In this document: positions 1 through 11,369 of the stretch, piece by piece | How positions within the stretch are numbered: the stretch's first letter is position 1 | How the letters are laid out: each line of letters begins with the position of its first letter | NCBI GenBank assembly: GCA_030616775.1 | Contig: JAUWWQ010000019.1 | Span: 1,130-65,129 of the forward strand | DNA from: Planctomycetota bacterium | Lineage (GTDB): Bacteria; Planctomycetota; Phycisphaerae; UBA1845 | DNA length: 64,000 nucleotides | Direction of reading: 5' to 3' | Notes under the pieces: generated by a model | What the model saw: only the letters and a program-made list of their open reading frames with translations | Databases searched by the model: none | What the model was told of the DNA's origin: nothing | Translations under genes and position numbers: made by a program

Positions 1-98
1 CGCATCTACGACGGCCTTCTTATGTCGGATACGGGCCCAATGTGAATGCCCAGACACAACATTCCTCCTTCCAACTTCCAGTCTGCCAGGAGCGCATT

Positions 99-3000
99 CT
101 ACCCATCTGGTGCCTTGCCCTCACCACCGCTGCGTTCCGTCGGCTCAGCGGCAAGCGGCGCAAGAGCAGGCATGCGACCGGCGCGGGCGTCGGCGATTTT
201 TCGCTCCGTAGTAGCCCACACCCGGCGTTCGTCCGCGCTGGCCAACTCTTCCTCGGGGCGTTTGCCCAGGGCTTCAACAGCCGCGGTCCAATACTCGATT
301 GCTCCGTCCGACTCGCCCAAGCGCCAACAGGTGTCACCCAGGTGATCAAAGATCACTGGATCCTCAACCGCCCGGGCACCGCCCGCCCGCGTCAGCCATT
401 TCTTCGCTTCCGCAAACGCGCCTTTCTTATACAACAACCAGCCGTAAGTGTCGAGATAGGCCGCCTGGCGCGGGGCGCGAGATAGCGCGTAGCGGATCAT
501 CCGCTCGGCCTCGTCCAGACGAACGCCGCGATCGATCCATCCATAGGCTACGTCGTTGTTTAAGGTGACGTCATTGGGTCTGAGCAACAAAGCTCGTGCC
601 AGGACCTCACTGGCCCGCGAGTCGTCCCCTTGCATCTGACGGCAAACCGCGAGGCGGCGCAACAGCTCAAACCGTTCCACCGGATCGCCCGACGCATCCA
701 GCCAAGTCGTCAGGCGTTCCTCGGCCGCCCGGTAGTTCCGGGCCAGGATTAACACCTCCGCCAAGCGCTGGCGCAGCTCCCGGGTCCGCTGACGGAGGCC
801 GTCCAGAGTGAAGGGTTCATCAGGGAGCCGGACAACTACATCCTCCGGCGGTGCCCCTTCCGGTCGGCCAACTTGGGAGGCACGCACTGCGTGCATCAGG
901 GTCATCACCTCATCGATCAATACTTCGATCAGATCAAGGCACTCGTCGTATCGCTTGGCTCTGACCAGCAGGTCCGCCCTGAGATCCTGAAATTCCTCTC
1001 GCTTGAAGGTGTGCAAGAGCTGGTTGCCGACGAGCTCCAATGCCGCGTCCGTTTGTCCGGCGTCACGTAGAACAACAGCCAGAGCCCAAACAGGATTGTC
1101 GTTTCCCGGATCATCATTGAGCCAATCAAGGAGGTGTTGGGTCGCACGGTCATATCGTTCTGCCCTCCTGAGGGCTTCCACCAAGCCCATAGACAGTTCT
1201 CTGCTGTCGGGCTCACGCTCGCGCAGCGTTTCATATACCGCGACAGCCTGCTCGGGCTGATCCTGTCTGAGGTATTCATCCGCAAGGCGGATCGACCACT
1301 CCAGATGATCCGGCTGTGCCTCGGCCCATGCTCTTAGCTGCGATAGTACCTCTTCAATCCGACCCGCCAGCCGCAGAGTATTGACAATCTGGACTCGGTA
1401 CTCGCGGCGCCACCTATCCCCCAACTCCTCGAGGCTTTCGGCACTACGGGCGAGGTTCAGGGCAGCCTCGTGGTCCTGGATGATCCGATAGAGTAGGATA
1501 AGTGTGAGGCGCCACGGGTGCCGGTTGGGCCGGCGCGGCAATAGGACCTCGAGCTGCTCAGCGGCCTCCTCAAAGGCAAGCAAACGCTGCGAGGTCTCCA
1601 CCAACCCAAGCGCCGCCTGCTCATTGTCCGGATCGACCGCCAGGGCGCGTTGAAACGCTGCGTGCTTCTCCTGCGGCGCTTGATCGATGTCGTAACTTTC
1701 CGCCACCGCGATCCAAGTCGCGGCGTCCGGCCCTTGTTCCGCCATGGCGTCCAGTAGTGTCTGGCGGTAGGCATCGGCGTCGCGTTGGTATCGCTGGTCG
1801 AGTAGTGCATTGCAACGCGCCTTAGTCGTTGGTGTTGTTGCCCGCCGCTGCAGCTCTTCGAGCTGCTGGATCGCGAGGTCGAGCTTGCCCTCGGCAACGT
1901 AAGTCATCGCCAGCAACTCTCTGGCGGCTTCGTGGTCCGAATCCTTTTCGAGCAACACCTGTAGCTGCCGTTGGGCCTGCAGCCTGCGACCGGAACGTTG
2001 ATAAAGCTTCGCCAGCTCCAGCATGGGTTGCGTGTCGGTCCGGTCGAGTTGCATGGCGGCCTTGAAGTGCAGTTCAGCCTTCTCCAGGTTGTCCAGACGT
2101 TCGTATACCTCGCCGAGGACCAACTCCAACCGGGCGTCCTCCGGCGTGTCCTCTTCACTACGGGCCGCGACCTGAATCGCTTCGTCATAGCGATACTTGC
2201 GTAGATAGAGCCTGGCCAGCGCCACGCGGGCGGGCACGAATCCAGGTTGATCAGCCCAACTGCGACGTAGATGGGCTTCGGCCTCGGCGAGACGGCCCGC
2301 GGCTACAGCCAGGACACCGCGCAAGTACGAAGTCGCCGCCGGCACTTGGCGCGCTTGGGGTTCGAGTAGCTGTCGAACGGCCTGATCGATCGAGACCAGC
2401 GCCAGGATCTTGGCTTCCCATTCAGCCGTTCGTTCCGGGTGGTGTTGGATGCCGTCGGCACAAACCCTGAGGAGGTCGTTCCATGCGGACTGATCAACGT
2501 ATACCTCGGCGAGCCGCCCACGGACCGTGTGGGCGCGGGGATGTCCATCTAGATAGTCTTCAAGTTCGCGTCGGGCCTCACTACTGCGGCCTAGACGCAT
2601 CAACATCTCAGCAAGGTTAAGGACCAGCCGGGGTTCATCGGGTCGATCGGCAATCCGCGAGCGCAGATCTTCGAAGATTCCTTCGGGATGTCCTGCGCGC
2701 TTGTGGATCTCGAACAGCAGATTGACTGTCTCGTCATCGTCGGATTTGATGGCTCGAGCCGCGGCCAGCGCCTCATCCAGTCGCCCGGCGCGCATCAACA
2801 GCCCCGCATATCTCAAACCGGTTGCGGCATCTCCGGGCGAGGCGGCAACCAGCGGTGCCAACACATCGGCAGCCTGGGCAATCCGGCCCAACCTTTCGAG
2901 GATCCTGGATTTTACCTCTGCAACTGATCCACGATTCGATTGGAGCAGTGGGGCCAGCTCCGGGTGGGTGGCCGTCCCGACAAGCGCTGACGCCTTGCCT

Positions 3001-3641
3001 TCGAAGGCGGCGTACTGCTCGAGTGCGGCTTGCAGATAGCCTTCCGCACCCAGGGTTTGCCCGAGCTCGTAATGACACATAGCAGCGATCTCCGGATCAT
3101 CGTCGAAGTCGCTGCACAAAAGGGCGGTACGATAGGCCGTGATTGCGGACGCCATGTCGCCGCCAAGGGCATGACACTTGCCACTGAGATAATTGGCAGT
3201 CGCGTCGTCGGGGTTGCCTTCCAGTGCACGGGCAACGTGAATCTTGGCCCGTTCCAGGTTGCCCGCCTGCCAGTGCAGCATCGCCAAGGTGCGATGAATC
3301 CGGGGGTGGTTGGGATCGTAGCGAAGCGCCCGTTCCAGCTCGATGGCCGCCTCCGTGTACCGTTGCTCGTGGACCAGCTTCCGGGCCTTTACGATCTGTC
3401 TGGAAGCCCGCTCGGAAAGCAGTGTGAGCGCCTCCAACTCAACCGGCCTGGAAACTGCCGGCTCAATCTCAGAGAGGGACCTGTAGGCCCGCGAAGGATC
3501 AATCTCGGGCGCTCCCGTCGTTGGCTGACTGCTTTGCGATAGGTCACCTGATGTACCTATAACCACGCAGCCCGCAGGGGTGATCGCCAGCAACGTGGCG
3601 AGTCGAAGAGCGGTTACGGGCGTTATCACTTGCCGGGCCAT
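99..3641 (-). CDS. Large TPR-repeat lipoprotein/secreted protein
   Basis: 1180-aa ORF. The N-terminus has a signal/lipobox-like stretch (LLAITPAGC). The body is made of repeated TPR-like helical pairs, e.g. LERALRYDPNHPRIH, FQRALAVDPDNEQA, LARALLLRPNDV. Confidence 0.8.
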   Translation of the reverse strand: MARQVITPVTALRLATLLAITPAGCVVIGTSGDLSQSSQPTTGAPEIDPSRAYRSLSEIEPAVSRPVELEALTLLSERASRQIVKARKLVHEQRYTEAAIELERALRYDPNHPRIHRTLAMLHWQAGNLERAKIHVARALEGNPDDATANYLSGKCHALGGDMASAITAYRTALLCSDFDDDPEIAAMCHYELGQTLGAEGYLQAALEQYAAFEGKASALVGTATHPELAPLLQSNRGSVAEVKSRILERLGRIAQAADVLAPLVAASPGDAATGLRYAGLLMRAGRLDEALAAARAIKSDDDETVNLLFEIHKRAGHPEGIFEDLRSRIADRPDEPRLVLNLAEMLMRLGRSSEARRELEDYLDGHPRAHTVRGRLAEVYVDQSAWNDLLRVCADGIQHHPERTAEWEAKILALVSIDQAVRQLLEPQARQVPAATSYLRGVLAVAAGRLAEAEAHLRRSWADQPGFVPARVALARLYLRKYRYDEAIQVAARSEEDTPEDARLELVLGEVYERLDNLEKAELHFKAAMQLDRTDTQPMLELAKLYQRSGRRLQAQRQLQVLLEKDSDHEAARELLAMTYVAEGKLDLAIQQLEELQRRATTPTTKARCNALLDQRYQRDADAYRQTLLDAMAEQGPDAATWIAVAESYDIDQAPQEKHAAFQRALAVDPDNEQAALGLVETSQRLLAFEEAAEQLEVLLPRRPNRHPWRLTLILLYRIIQDHEAALNLARSAESLEELGDRWRREYRVQIVNTLRLAGRIEEVLSQLRAWAEAQPDHLEWSIRLADEYLRQDQPEQAVAVYETLREREPDSRELSMGLVEALRRAERYDRATQHLLDWLNDDPGNDNPVWALAVVLRDAGQTDAALELVGNQLLHTFKREEFQDLRADLLVRAKRYDECLDLIEVLIDEVMTLMHAVRASQVGRPEGAPPEDVVVRLPDEPFTLDGLRQRTRELRQRLAEVLILARNYRAAEERLTTWLDASGDPVERFELLRRLAVCRQMQGDDSRASEVLARALLLRPNDVTLNNDVAYGWIDRGVRLDEAERMIRYALSRAPRQAAYLDTYGWLLYKKGAFAEAKKWLTRAGGARAVEDPVIFDHLGDTCWRLGESDGAIEYWTAAVEALGKRPEEELASADERRVWATTERKIADARAGRMPALAPLAAEPTERSGGEGKAPDG

Positions 3642-3693
3642 GAATCCCTGTCCAGATGCAAAGCTCGCTCGCCGGGAAGAGTTATTCCCGGTT

Positions 3694-4353
3694 TCAGACG
3701 CTCTTTTTCCTTATAGCCGCCTTGGCCCTGGTACGCCTTGAAGATGGCCCCCTTCTGGCGCCTAAAGAGCGCATGATCATGCAGAACTCCTTGGCTTCCA
3801 CGGCTGGGACATGGCGCTCCAGAAACACCTGCACTTCGGCCCGATCGGCCGTCGGGTGCACCAGGTCCGCGGCGCGCAGAGCCTCGAGGAGACGATCGTT
3901 CACCGGAATGGCGTGTCCCCCGAGGCTCCAAAGAAGCACCGAAGCAACTGCGTAGGCGTCGACGCCGTCCAACTCTTCCAAGTAGTGACGGGCCTCGCGG
4001 CGACCGATATACTTAAGCCGATCCAGCGAGAACCGGTTCTCGCGATCGAAAATGGATTGCAGGGCGCTGACCAGGTATTGACACTGTTGCGTGCCCTTGG
4101 GGATTGCGTTACCAGTGGCCTTGTTCAGTTCAAACGCGCTCGACACGCGCATCTCATTCCAATCCGCCATCGTTGTGAGGGCTCGATCAACAGCCCGTGC
4201 GGCTTCCTCATCGCTCCAGCCTACGCCGACAATCGCGATCACCAGGCGCCGCAAGGGATCATCGGGTTCCGGGACCTCCGGTTTGGGCACGGACTGACGC
4301 AGCCCGGTGTACACTTTCTTCACTCTGGCTGCGTACATCGTTCCGTTTTTCAT
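3694..4353 (-). CDS. HhH-GPD superfamily (endonuclease III-like) protein
   Basis: 219-aa ORF with a helix-hairpin-helix-like segment (LEELDGVDAYAVASVLLWSLGGHAIPVNDRLLEAL), as in Nth/AlkA-type glycosylases. No Fe-S Cys cluster is present. The 4-nt overlap with rbfA suggests the same operon. Confidence 0.5.
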   Translation of the reverse strand: MKNGTMYAARVKKVYTGLRQSVPKPEVPEPDDPLRRLVIAIVGVGWSDEEAARAVDRALTTMADWNEMRVSSAFELNKATGNAIPKGTQQCQYLVSALQSIFDRENRFSLDRLKYIGRREARHYLEELDGVDAYAVASVLLWSLGGHAIPVNDRLLEALRAADLVHPTADRAEVQVFLERHVPAVEAKEFCMIMRSLGARRGPSSRRTRAKAAIRKKSV

Positions 4354-4808
4354 TCGCCGACTCCCTGGGTCTCGGACGAACCGCCGTTTGTGCCATCCAC
4401 GCGGTGCACATCGTCGGGAGCGGCGGGATCATCGGTTCGGTCGGGTTCGAACAGCTCCGGTTCACTTCGCCGATTCTCCGCGAGTAGCTCCATGGTCCGT
4501 CGCGCTCCTTTGACTCCCTCATCGATCTCGAAACGCAGTTCCGGGCACTGCCGGATGGGTAGTCTGCGCGCCAGCATACGCTGTATATACCCGGCTGCGT
4601 GTCGCATGGCTATGAGCGTCCGCTGTTCCACCGCCTGGCCACCTTGCACGCTGAGGTACACTCTTGCGATCACCAGATCACCGGTCACCTCGACGCGCAT
4701 GACGGTCGTTAACGGTGCCACCCGCGGATCGCTAAGCCGATGGACGATCGCCTCACCGACGACCTGGCGAATGACGCTGGCGACTTTCTCTTTACGATAC
4801 GGACGCAT
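4350..4808 (-). CDS. rbfA: Ribosome-binding factor A
   Basis: The N-terminal region (RKEKVASVIRQVVGEAIVHRLSDPRV...VEVTGDLVIARVYLSV) matches the RbfA signature. Its position downstream of infB is canonical. Confidence 0.85.
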   Translation of the reverse strand: MRPYRKEKVASVIRQVVGEAIVHRLSDPRVAPLTTVMRVEVTGDLVIARVYLSVQGGQAVEQRTLIAMRHAAGYIQRMLARRLPIRQCPELRFEIDEGVKGARRTMELLAENRRSEPELFEPDRTDDPAAPDDVHRVDGTNGGSSETQGVGE

Positions 4809-4882
4809 AAACGCTTGTAGACACCTTGTCCTAGCGCAGGGCAGCTCAGAGGACCGCCCCTTTCAGCGGTCAACGGCCAGTA

Positions 4883-5164
4883 TCACAAGAGTTCACGTTT
4901 GTAATCGAGCAGTGACACCCCCCCGGTTCGACGAACCACGTCAACAATCTTGTCCAACTGGGAGTGGACCGCTCGCGACTCCTGTGACACCACTGCGACA
5001 CCAAGACGGCACCGCTTGGGCGTGTCCATATACCCCACCTCGGTTACGGATACGTTGAATCGGTTGCGGAGTCTCTCTTTGAGACTTACCACCACGCGCC
5101 GCTTGTCTTTAAGGCTGCGCGCGTCGTAAATCGCCAACTCGACCGTCAAAACCCCGACAATCAT
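4883..5164 (-). CDS. DUF503 (YlxP-like) protein
   Basis: 93-aa ORF (MIVGVLTVELAIYDARSLKDKRRVV...) typical of DUF503 proteins found between infB and rbfA. Confidence 0.75.
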   Translation of the reverse strand: MIVGVLTVELAIYDARSLKDKRRVVVSLKERLRNRFNVSVTEVGYMDTPKRCRLGVAVVSQESRAVHSQLDKIVDVVRRTGGVSLLDYKRELL

Positions 5165-6318
5165 TCCGTCGATTCGCGGATCACCTTGGCCGCGAACATA
5201 CCGTCCTGGATACCGATCTTGAACAGCCGCGTGCGTCCATCGGGAGTGACGTAGGGTATCACTCCGATGCGCGCCAACGCTTGGATGGCGAACTGGCGAT
5301 CCGGTTCCGGCACATCATAATAGTCCAGTTCGCTTCGCACGTGGTCTTCGTTAAACGCATAGGCTCTTTTCGCTGGAATGTAGTGCGCCACCAGCGATGC
5401 GACCGAAAACGACTTGCCCCCAGCCGGCCTTATTCTCGGAAGAAACAGTGCTCGTACACAACTCAAGCGCCCCTTGCGGACCTGGACGTTGCGGTATTGG
5501 CGAACGATGTAAATCTGATCGGCGGTCTGATCAATAAACACCGGCCAAGCTTCATCGGGGATGAAATAGTCCTCCAGCAGCCTTATCCGCTCATCGCCGG
5601 ACGCGTCTTCAATGGCCCGCCGGAACGCACGGTAGTTTTCATAATTGGGGAGGTATGGATCGTTAAGGCTCGGGTGATTCCACGGTAGCACCATGTCGAT
5701 CACGTAGGTACCATCGGGCACATCGAGGAATCGTCCGGTGGACCGCAATTGGAGACTCCCTGCGACCCCGGAAACCCTACCTCTCGCCGGGGCCTGGGAG
5801 GCCTCTACCAAATAGACTGTCGCGCCCGGCGGTGTGGATTCCAGGTAGAGTCCCGTCTGGATGGCGGTAGTGAGAAGGCCCCTTCTATCGATGTCCTCCG
5901 GCCCGGTCGTCTCCGGTTCGATGGAGCCGGCGGCATCTTCTTCGGACGGCCGGGAGATCCGGCTCACCAAACCGCCTTCCTGAAACAGCGGGATTACGTA
6001 CTTCCTGCCTACAAAGATCACAATAATCAACAGCCCCGCGGCGTAGCACATCCGCACGATGATCGCAAATGGATCAAACTGGACGCGCTTCCGCCCCCGT
6101 CTCCCGAATAGCCGGCTCCAGCGCCGTTTACCTCGCCGAGCGCCTTCCTCGCCATCCGTCGGCTGCTCCAGGTCCTTCAATAAAAAGTCGAGATCGTCGC
6201 TTCGGGTATCGGGGACGCTGGCCTTATACCCGCAGTAGGAGCAGCGGACGACGCCGCCGGCATGCTCGTCCTTCGCGCGAATCGTATGCCCGCATTCTGC
6301 CTTGAACTCGATCATCAC
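5161..6318 (-). CDS. Hypothetical membrane protein with N-terminal zinc ribbon
   Basis: 385-aa ORF. It has an N-terminal CGH...CSYCG zinc-ribbon-like motif, one TM helix (AIIVRMCYAAGLLIIVIFV) and a large C-terminal domain. It overlaps the DUF503 start by 4 nt, so it is embedded in the infB-rbfA operon. Confidence 0.6.
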   Translation of the reverse strand: MMIEFKAECGHTIRAKDEHAGGVVRCSYCGYKASVPDTRSDDLDFLLKDLEQPTDGEEGARRGKRRWSRLFGRRGRKRVQFDPFAIIVRMCYAAGLLIIVIFVGRKYVIPLFQEGGLVSRISRPSEEDAAGSIEPETTGPEDIDRRGLLTTAIQTGLYLESTPPGATVYLVEASQAPARGRVSGVAGSLQLRSTGRFLDVPDGTYVIDMVLPWNHPSLNDPYLPNYENYRAFRRAIEDASGDERIRLLEDYFIPDEAWPVFIDQTADQIYIVRQYRNVQVRKGRLSCVRALFLPRIRPAGGKSFSVASLVAHYIPAKRAYAFNEDHVRSELDYYDVPEPDRQFAIQALARIGVIPYVTPDGRTRLFKIGIQDGMFAAKVIRESTE

Positions 6319-6450
6319 TGCTTCGCGACCCGGGTAGCCTCACGGAAGGAGGTCAGGAAACGCAGGAAACGAAAGTCCCGCCGTCTCAACGATTGACGGC
6401 CGCTCTGTGCAACGAGGTCCATCTTACTCGCTGATTATGAGAGCGAAACA

Positions 6451-9288
6451 CTACAGCGTTCGAGCGATCTTTATGATCTCGTAGGTTTCGATGAGGTCAC
6501 CGATGTGAACATCATCGAACGCTTCCAGCCGGATACCGCATTCCATTCCGGCGCGAACTTCCTTGACATCATCCTTAAAACGCCGCAACGATGCCACCTT
6601 GCAGCCCTCGCGGACGACCACGCCGTCGCGAACGACTTTCGCAAGGTGGTTGCGATCGACAACTCCGTCGGTCACGTAGGAGCCTGCCACCATACCGATC
6701 TTCCTGCTAAGCCGGAAGAGTTGGCGGACTTCCGCCGTGGCCCGCGCCTCGATTCGCTGCTCCGGCTCCAGTAAGCCCTCCAGGGCTTTCCTGACGTCGT
6801 CGCACACGTCGTAGATTACCCGGTAGGACCGGATGTCGACGCCATGCTGTTCGGCGAGGTGGCGAACATTGGCGGCCGCCTCCATCCGGAAACCAATCAC
6901 AATCCCCTGGCAGGTGGCGGCCAGGAGAACGTCGCTGTCGTTAACCGTCCCGACACCGGCATGCCGGATCGTCAACCTGACCTCCTCGGAAGGAATGTCC
7001 CCGAGAGCCTGCTTGAGGGCCGCCACGCTGCCGTCAACGTCCGCCTTGAGGATCACGTTGAGCTCCGGGACTTCCTCCGAATCGCGCCTCAGGATCATTT
7101 CTTCCAGCGTCTTGACCTTGCGCGATTGCAGGCGGCTCTGCTCGATGCGGGCCTGCTTTGTCTCCGTAGCGATGTCGTTGGCCCGCTGCAGGCTCTCCAG
7201 GGCGTATAGTCTGTCCCCGGCCATGGGCACATCGTCGAGGCCCCACACCTCCACAGGCAGCGACGGTCCGGCTTCTTGGATCCGTCGACCACGGTCGTCC
7301 AGCAAGGCACGCACCTTGCCGAACGCGGGCCCGCAAACAACGGAATCACCTACGTACAAGGTTCCATCCTGCACCAAGACGCGCGCCACAGCTCCGACTC
7401 CGGGTTTGGTTTCGGCCTCTATCGCCGTACCGGTTGCGGGCAGCGTCGGGTCGGCCCGCAACTCGAGCAGGCCGCTCAAATCTGCGAGGTGCTCTACCAG
7501 CACGTGGACACCGACGCCCGTGACAGCGGAAGTGGGAATCACGTCGACGTCTCCACCCCACTCACCGCCGGGTATCAGACCATTCTCAGCTAGCTGGCCG
7601 TAGATCCTAAGCTTGTTATCCTCGCCCAGGTCGATCTTGTTCAAGGCCACGACGATCGGCACATCGGCGGCCTTTGCATGGTTGATTGCCTCGAGAGTTT
7701 GTGGCATCACCCCGTCATCGGCTGCCACAACCAACACGACTACGTCGGTCAACTGTGCCCCCCGCGCCCGCATAGCCGTAAAGGCCTTATGCCCCGGCGT
7801 GTCCAGGAAGGTCACAGCCCCACGCGGTGCATCGAGGTGATAGGCCCCGATGTGTTGCGTGATGCCGCCGTCCTCGCCCGACATCACGCGCGTCTTGCGA
7901 ATGGCATCCAAGAGACTCGTCTTCCCATGATCCACATGCCCCAGCATGGTGACGACAGGCGGTCGAGGCTGCACATGACCACGCTTACGCCTCGCGAATT
8001 CCTCCCTGAGTTCGTCCAACCGCGTCTTGGAGGGAATGATCTTCAGCTCGATGCCGAAGTGCAGGGCGAGCAACTCGGCCGTCTCGGTGGGTAGGGTCAT
8101 ATTCACGTTGGCCACGATATCGTGTTCGTCCCTCAGTGTCTTGAAGCACTGCATGAAGTTCAGGCCTGTTTCCGAGCAGAACCCTTTCATGCGGACCGGC
8201 TCGTGCATGGTGGCCTCTGTCTTGGGGCCGATGTGTACGGGCGCCGTCGCCGTCGCCGTCCTTTGCGTAACCCGGCGGTGGATTCGCCGCCCGGTGGCGC
8301 CGGCCAGCCGTTCTCGCCGTTCTGCAAGATCCTGATCGCGCCATTCCGCAAGCCGCTCTCCGGCATCCACGAGTCGCCCGGTCGCACGGCGGGGGCTAAT
8401 ACGCCCCTTGCGGCGAACCTCGTCCCGATCGACCGGTTTTCCGATCGCGGGTGGGGTCGGTGGGGCCGGTACTTCGGGGCGTGCCGGTGGAGCCGTATCG
8501 GGAACGGAGCGAGGCTCTCTGGGTGCACGGCGTACAGGTGGGGCGTAATGGTCTGGGGCCGCGTAGCGCACTACCCGCGGACCTTGAAGCTTCGCTTTGG
8601 CAGGAATATTTTGCGGCCCAGCAGGCGTCACCGGCTCCGGTTTGGCAACCTCTGCCGCCGGCCTTACGACCTCCGTGGGGGCTTCGCTTGGCCCGGCAGA
8701 TGCGTCAGGCGCCCGCACCGCTTCGTCAAGCTGCTCCTCCGGTCGTTCAACCGGAGGCGCCTCTGCGACGGCGGCCCCCACCTCAGTCGCGGGCTGCTCA
8801 TAAGTCGGGGGCGCTTCCGTTGTGACGACTGGTGCTTCCAGCGCGATGGCCGGTGCTTCCGCCGTGACAGTCGTCGCCTCGGCCACGGCTGCCGGGGCCT
8901 CCACTGATGCCGCCGCTGCGGCAGCCGCGCTCACATCCCCGCGCTCAGTCTCCTCCTTTTCTTCAGGTTTCGCCGCTTTTGCTCTGATGCGTTTCTCGGG
9001 TGCCTCTGGCTCGGCTTCGCCCGCCTCTGCGGAAGGAGCGGTCTCCTTCCTTCTCCGCTTCTCCCTGATTCGTACTCTCTCGAGATCGACGCGCTGTGCC
9101 GTCTCGATTGTAGTATCGTGGCTACCTTCGCTAAACCACTCGAGAATCGTGGCGTGCAGGCCGGCGCTAAGCGTCGACATGTGGTTCTTGATCGAGTTTA
9201 TGCCCTCGGCCCTGCACTTTTCGACTATGACCTTGCTGGGTACGTTCAATTCCTTCGCCAGAATATGAACGCGCATCTTGTCAGCCAA
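6451..9288 (-). CDS. infB: Translation initiation factor IF-2
   Basis: 945 aa. It has an IF2 N-terminal domain ([21 protein letters not shown]) and a low-complexity Ala/Pro/Glu linker. G-domain motifs [17 protein letters not shown] and NKID are present, followed by the conserved C-terminal domains. Confidence 0.97.
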   Translation of the reverse strand: MADKMRVHILAKELNVPSKVIVEKCRAEGINSIKNHMSTLSAGLHATILEWFSEGSHDTTIETAQRVDLERVRIREKRRRKETAPSAEAGEAEPEAPEKRIRAKAAKPEEKEETERGDVSAAAAAAASVEAPAAVAEATTVTAEAPAIALEAPVVTTEAPPTYEQPATEVGAAVAEAPPVERPEEQLDEAVRAPDASAGPSEAPTEVVRPAAEVAKPEPVTPAGPQNIPAKAKLQGPRVVRYAAPDHYAPPVRRAPREPRSVPDTAPPARPEVPAPPTPPAIGKPVDRDEVRRKGRISPRRATGRLVDAGERLAEWRDQDLAERRERLAGATGRRIHRRVTQRTATATAPVHIGPKTEATMHEPVRMKGFCSETGLNFMQCFKTLRDEHDIVANVNMTLPTETAELLALHFGIELKIIPSKTRLDELREEFARRKRGHVQPRPPVVTMLGHVDHGKTSLLDAIRKTRVMSGEDGGITQHIGAYHLDAPRGAVTFLDTPGHKAFTAMRARGAQLTDVVVLVVAADDGVMPQTLEAINHAKAADVPIVVALNKIDLGEDNKLRIYGQLAENGLIPGGEWGGDVDVIPTSAVTGVGVHVLVEHLADLSGLLELRADPTLPATGTAIEAETKPGVGAVARVLVQDGTLYVGDSVVCGPAFGKVRALLDDRGRRIQEAGPSLPVEVWGLDDVPMAGDRLYALESLQRANDIATETKQARIEQSRLQSRKVKTLEEMILRRDSEEVPELNVILKADVDGSVAALKQALGDIPSEEVRLTIRHAGVGTVNDSDVLLAATCQGIVIGFRMEAAANVRHLAEQHGVDIRSYRVIYDVCDDVRKALEGLLEPEQRIEARATAEVRQLFRLSRKIGMVAGSYVTDGVVDRNHLAKVVRDGVVVREGCKVASLRRFKDDVKEVRAGMECGIRLEAFDDVHIGDLIETYEIIKIARTL

Positions 9289-9364
9289 AGCCGATCTCCG
9301 TCAAACGATTCGTAAATGCAGGCACTCGGCCGCAACGGTCGAGATGCCTGAACACTTATGGGGT

Positions 9365-10819
9365 CTACGCAGGTTCACCAAATTCCACGGCGTCCGTTTT
9401 TACGGTACTTCCGCCAGCATCCGCCTCCTGGGCTCCCGGCTGCTGCGATTCCTCGTTCGTGGGCAACGTCGATGCGAATTCTTCGAGGTTGCCGGCCTCG
9501 TCGGGCGAGACGGGCACTTCTTCCACTGCCAGCACGTTCTGTTCGCCGGCCACTGCAGTGACGCCCGCTTCCATCTCCTCCTCCTCCTGGGCGTCGGATT
9601 CTACGACAGCCTCCGCCTGCTCTGCACTTTCCTTGGCGGCCTTCTCGGCGGCTTCCGCCTCCGCAGCGACACGCTTCGCCTCCACCTCCACGCTGGCCAC
9701 TCCAACAATCTTTCCAGCGAGGTCCTCCTCCAAGTCAAGCTCTTTGACCAGTGGTTCGCTCCCCACTTCGGCCAGATCCACCAGCGAAATAATGCCCATC
9801 GCCAGGAGCTTATCCAGAAGCACGTCCTCGACACCCTCGACGTCCTTGAGGGTCTTCTCCATCTCGTCGACGGCCTTGTCGTATTCCATCGGTGTGAGAA
9901 TGTCGATGTCCCACCCGGTCAGGCGCGCTGCAAGCCGCACATTCTGACCGCGTTTGCCGATGGCCAGTGATAACTGGTCCTCGTCGACGATGACAGTCGC
10001 CCGGCCCATCTCGAAGCATAGGAAGACTTCCTTGATCTCCGCCGGTTTCAGAGAGTTGGTGATCAACACCTGCGAAGACTCGTTCCAGCGGACGATGTCG
10101 ATCTTTTCGCCGCCAAGCTCATCGACGATGTTGCGAATGCGGCTGCCACGAACGCCCACGCACGCACCAACGGCGTCTACTTTAGTGTCAATCGACGACA
10201 CCGCGATTTTGGTTCGGTATCCCGCCTCCCTGGCCAGGGCACGGATCTCGATGACCCGCTCGCCGACCTCCGGCACCTCCAACTCAAAAAGCTTACGGAT
10301 GTAATCGGGGTGCGTCTGGGTGAGGACTATTCGCACCTGGTTCTGCTCCTCGCGAACGTCCAGGATCATCCCCCGGATGCGCTCGCCCGGATGGTGCGTT
10401 TCACCCGGAATCTGTTCACTTCGTGGCAGGAACCCCTCACCGCGGCCCAGGTTGACCACCAGCGTAGAACCTTCATAGCGCGTGACGGTCCCCGTCACCA
10501 CCGTTCCGACACGCTGTGAATACTCCTCGAAAATGGCACTGCGCTCGTCCTCCCGGATCTTCTGCATCATCACCTGCTTGGCGGTCTGGGCGGCGATCCG
10601 GCCGAGGGTCTTCATGTCGATGGGTTTGCCGTTGACGATCGCTTGGATCGTCCCGTTGTTGCGATCGATCGTGACGACTGCATCCTCGGTGTCGTCGTAC
10701 GCTTTGCGCATGGCGGAGACCATGGCGGCCTCGAGATCGACGAAGACGCTCTCCTTGTCGATGTTCTTATCGCGGCTGATCGAGTCGACGAACCGGATTA
10801 AGTCAGTGCTCATCGTCAT
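9365..10819 (-). CDS. nusA: Transcription termination/antitermination factor NusA
   Basis: The conserved N-terminus is MSTDLIRFVDSISRDKNIDKESVFVDLEAAM. S1 and KH domains follow, then an acidic C-terminal tail. The start was moved to the internal ATG (track ORF starts at 10891) because the upstream 24 codons look non-coding. Confidence 0.95.
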   Translation of the reverse strand: MTMSTDLIRFVDSISRDKNIDKESVFVDLEAAMVSAMRKAYDDTEDAVVTIDRNNGTIQAIVNGKPIDMKTLGRIAAQTAKQVMMQKIREDERSAIFEEYSQRVGTVVTGTVTRYEGSTLVVNLGRGEGFLPRSEQIPGETHHPGERIRGMILDVREEQNQVRIVLTQTHPDYIRKLFELEVPEVGERVIEIRALAREAGYRTKIAVSSIDTKVDAVGACVGVRGSRIRNIVDELGGEKIDIVRWNESSQVLITNSLKPAEIKEVFLCFEMGRATVIVDEDQLSLAIGKRGQNVRLAARLTGWDIDILTPMEYDKAVDEMEKTLKDVEGVEDVLLDKLLAMGIISLVDLAEVGSEPLVKELDLEEDLAGKIVGVASVEVEAKRVAAEAEAAEKAAKESAEQAEAVVESDAQEEEEMEAGVTAVAGEQNVLAVEEVPVSPDEAGNLEEFASTLPTNEESQQPGAQEADAGGSTVKTDAVEFGEPA

Positions 10820-11369
10820 ACAACAACCCGCAACACAAAAAAACGTGGGCGCATAGCTGCGATCCCACGTGGAAACACGGCGAGTCACCAAGCAAGATGG
10901 AGTCCGTGTTTTAGCGCATCGCGCTACTCCAATCGCCGGGGTATACGTACCACTTTCGCCCGTGCCGCACGGGTTCCGGCGAGCACGGTCACGTTCCCAC
11001 GCAACTTCCTACCTGCGGTCACAACAACTGCCCGGTCCAGCCCCCAATTCTCCAAACCACGGCTCGCGGTCTAGACGTCGGGTGCTTGCCCAGGCCCGTG
11101 GGCGTTGGTTTTGCACACGGTTAGCTTAGCGCCCTATGGTCGCTATCCCGGATATCGACGTAAACTAACGAAGATTATAGGTGCTGCTTGATTCGTGTCA
11201 ATGCGAATACGTCGAAGCGGCGCGCTTGAGTTATCGGACGGCACAGCCGAGGTCTTGAACGCACACTATCCCCTGCTTTACGATTCCCGGCTGCTCAGCG
11301 ATAACGCGGCGCACCTTACCGTCATGGTGCGGCAACTTCGTTGGCGTATATAGCGGAGCGCGACAGGTC

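Noticed and set aside
3811-5058. A 415-aa ORF on the plus strand. Many similar long ORFs occur elsewhere, e.g. 17236..17892, 19134..19853, 21755..22402, 40607..41452, 50703..51347, 58136..58864, 62382..63020, and 63329..63856.
   Set aside because: They lie antisense to, or out of frame with, strongly supported genes (rbfA/DUF503, DUF1559, the kinase, larC, trkH, and the nuo genes). They are Arg/Pro/Ser/Gly-rich, as expected for shadow ORFs in high-GC DNA.
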